Below are positions 30,001-32,000 of a stretch of DNA of 32,000 nt, in pieces. Under the pieces are notes generated by a model. That model was given only the letters and a program-made list of their open reading frames with translations, was not told where the DNA came from and did no database searches. Every line of letters starts with the position of its first letter. Position 1 is the stretch's first letter. The translations under genes and the position numbers were made by a program. This DNA is from Candidatus Nitrosotenuis cloacae (lineage in GTDB: Archaea; Thermoproteota; Nitrososphaeria; Nitrososphaerales; Nitrosopumilaceae), in contig NZ_CP011097.1 of the NCBI RefSeq assembly GCF_000955905.1, positions 924,582-956,581 of the forward strand, given 5' to 3'.

Positions 30001-32000
30001 TTACTCTTTATCGATAAACTCGTCAGCTGTTGGTGGGTCTGGTGGCAATCCCTTTCTCTTTCTAGTTTCAGCAATCAAAGTCGCTTGGATTGATTTTGGC
30101 ATTGGAGTCCACGCCTTAAAGTGAGTATTCCACATTGCTTTACCAGCAGTTTGGCCTCTCATGACTTCGGCAATATCAAATGTTTCTGAAGCTGGAATCT
30201 CACCGACTATGATGCTGGTGATTCCTTTTTGCTGCATATCAAGTACCTTTCCTCTCTTACCAGACAAAACTGATGCTACGTTTCCAATCATGTCCTGTGG
30301 GACTCTGACCTCAATTCCAAGCATCGGTTCTAGCAAAATGGGTTGTGCCTTTAGCATTGCACCCATGCATGCACGTCGAGCTGCTGGTGATAATTGCGAT
30401 AGACCTCTGTGAGCAGTGTCCTCGTGAGGAACAAAGTGAGTGAATGTGAATTTACAATTTCTAACCTGCTCTCTTGCAAGTGGACCTTCCTTCATTACTT
30501 CCTCAAATCCAGACAAAATGGAATCGGTAGATTCTTGGATAAACTGGACACCTTTTGTTCCATTAACCATAATGTTTCCGCGAGAGTCAAATCTCATTAC
30601 ACGCTTTGCAGTATCAAGGTCCCAACCCTTTGATTTCAAGAGATTCTCCATCTCTTTTTTGTCCTTCATCTCGGATAATTGTCCTGCACGGATCATATCG
30701 GCAATCTCTGGCTCTAGTGGCTCTACTTTCATGAAAATCTTGTTGTGTCTGTTTGGTGATTTTGACATGACAGCCTCTGAACCACCCTGAATGGTTTCCC
30801 TATAGTTGATCAATGGTTGTGATGTTACTATTTGAACTCCGGCATCGCCAATCAGAGATGTTGCAATTTCCAAGTGCAACACACCCATTCCCGCAATGAC
30901 TGTTTCGCCGCTTTCTTCGTTGATTTTAACCACAAGGTTTGGATCCTCGATTGTAATTCTTCGCAGAGCCTCGACTAATTTTGGCAAGTCTTTTGGAAAC
31001 TTTGCCTCTACTGCTATCTGAACTACAGGTTCTGATACATACTTGATTCCTTCAAAGATTGAAACGTCCTTTACCGTAGACAGAGTCTGTCCAGCTCGTG
31101 CCTCAGTCAAGCCAAGCAAAGCTGGAATGTTTCCTGCACCCAATTCTCCGACCATCTCTCTTTGGTTGCCCATGAAAAAGTTGACCGATTGGATTTTTCC
31201 TTCACGTTTAGTATCAATCAAATGAACAGGCATGCCATCTTTTAGCGTACCAGAGAATAGTCTTCCAATTGCAACAGGACCAGCTGCTGGATCCATTGCC
31301 ATGTTTACAATCATCATAACTGCAGGGCCATTGTCATCGCAATTCAGAATTGCCTTGCCAATGTCGGATTCCAAATCACCTTTCCAGATTTTTGGAATTC
31401 TGTATTTTTGTGCTACATGTGGTGGTGGGTGATGCTTTACAACCATTCCCAGTACAGCTTCTGCCAATGGTGCCTTTTTCGCTAGATCATCAACGTTTGC
31501 ACCTTCTTGGTATGCAGCATAAATGTCCTTGAATGAAATTCCTTTTTCCTTCATGATATCGATATTGAAACCCCACCTGTCCTTTGCAGAGCCAAATGAT
31601 ACCGAGCCATCTTGAATTGAGACCTTCCATTTTTCCTTGTATTCTGGTTCGGCATAGGTGTCGATTAATCCATTAAAAGTAGAAACAATGTTTGCAAGCC
31701 ATTCCTGCATTTTCTCAGGAGTCAGTCTCAGTTCTTTGATGAGTCTGTCGATTTTGTTAATGTACAGGACTGGTCTGACTCGCTCTTCCAGCGCTTGTCT
31801 GGTTACGGTTTCAGTCTGAGTCATGATACCCTCTACAGAATCTGATACCACAACTGCGCCATCTATGGCCCTAAGGCTTCTGGTGACACGTCCTGTAAAG
31901 TCAATGTGGCCTGGAGTATCAATCATGTTTACGACATATTCTTGGCCAGCTTTTTCGAAAAGTAATGTAACGTTTGCCTGAACTATAGTCATCTGACGAT
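30001..32000 (-). CDS. fusA: translation elongation factor aEF-2 (5' end off the window)
   Basis: The frame stays open upstream of the listed Met (...RQMTIVQANVTL). DTPGHIDF is the G3 motif. HEDTAHRGLSQLSPAARRA contains the diphthamide-site His loop. The ~730-aa class of aEF-2 implies about 70 N-terminal codons are missing. Confidence 0.95.
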   Translation of the reverse strand, partial: RQMTIVQANVTLLFEKAGQEYVVNMIDTPGHIDFTGRVTRSLRAIDGAVVVSDSVEGIMTQTETVTRQALEERVRPVLYINKIDRLIKELRLTPEKMQEWLANIVSTFNGLIDTYAEPEYKEKWKVSIQDGSVSFGSAKDRWGFNIDIMKEKGISFKDIYAAYQEGANVDDLAKKAPLAEAVLGMVVKHHPPPHVAQKYRIPKIWKGDLESDIGKAILNCDDNGPAVMMIVNMAMDPAAGPVAIGRLFSGTLKDGMPVHLIDTKREGKIQSVNFFMGNQREMVGELGAGNIPALLGLTEARAGQTLSTVKDVSIFEGIKYVSEPVVQIAVEAKFPKDLPKLVEALRRITIEDPNLVVKINEESGETVIAGMGVLHLEIATSLIGDAGVQIVTSQPLINYRETIQGGSEAVMSKSPNRHNKIFMKVEPLEPEIADMIRAGQLSEMKDKKEMENLLKSKGWDLDTAKRVMRFDSRGNIMVNGTKGVQFIQESTDSILSGFEEVMKEGPLAREQVRNCKFTFTHFVPHEDTAHRGLSQLSPAARRACMGAMLKAQPILLEPMLGIEVRVPQDMIGNVASVLSGKRGKVLDMQQKGITSIIVGEIPASETFDIAEVMRGQTAGKAMWNTHFKAWTPMPKSIQATLIAETRKRKGLPPDPPTADEFIDKE

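Noticed and set aside
1-32000. I searched by eye for tRNA, rRNA, CRISPR repeats, IS elements or transposases, integrases and flanking direct repeats around the small-gene islet.
   Set aside because: I found no T-loop GGTTCGAATCC-type motif, no regularly spaced direct repeats outside coding tandem repeats, no transposase- or integrase-like ORF, and no convincing target-site duplications. Hand GC counts on sample lines of hicBA and the 29447 gene were not consistently different from their neighbours.

Overview
The window looks like a compact, AT-rich archaeal chromosome segment. Supporting signs are archaeal-type PurP, aEF-2, and TATA boxes about 20-25 nt upstream of start codons. Gene content suggests a marine ammonia-oxidising thaumarchaeon (Nitrosopumilales-like), but that is inference, not a database result. 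The housekeeping backbone is: purQ-purL-purF operon (purF is missing from the ORF track because it runs off the left edge), purS, a CBS-pair protein, tatC-tatA, ubiX, purP, a BFN/DUF151 nuclease, an O-methyltransferase, msrA, and aEF-2 (5' end runs off the right edge). Accessory content sits between these genes. (1) A 1473-aa exported giant protein: beta-helix-like repeats, Calx-beta, 10 cadherin-like ~95-aa repeats, and 14 RTX nonapeptides. (2) A cluster of exported proteins at 19.7-27.2 kb, including an 8x FN3 surface protein with a composite C-terminal anchor cassette and a matrixin-type metzincin. (3) A small-gene islet at 13.8-16.6 kb with a hicB-hicA toxin-antitoxin pair, an orphan PIN-like protein and a Cys-motif membrane protein. 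(4) Several zinc-finger or Cys-rich micro-ORFs that fall below the 60-aa ORF-track cutoff. No rRNA, tRNA, CRISPR array, transposase or integrase was recognised. I did not find a convincing new multi-gene defence-type system. The most interesting signals are architectural. One is the RTX/cadherin protein with a Sec-type signal in an archaeal context. Others are the FN3 C-terminal cassette, convergent genes sharing palindromic CTAG stop codons, highly regular leaderless promoter geometry including TTG/GTG starts, a single TATA shared by two divergent zinc-finger micro-genes, and a promoter-preceded hairpin that may be a small RNA. Hand-derived coordinates for features absent from the ORF track may be off by 1-3 nt.
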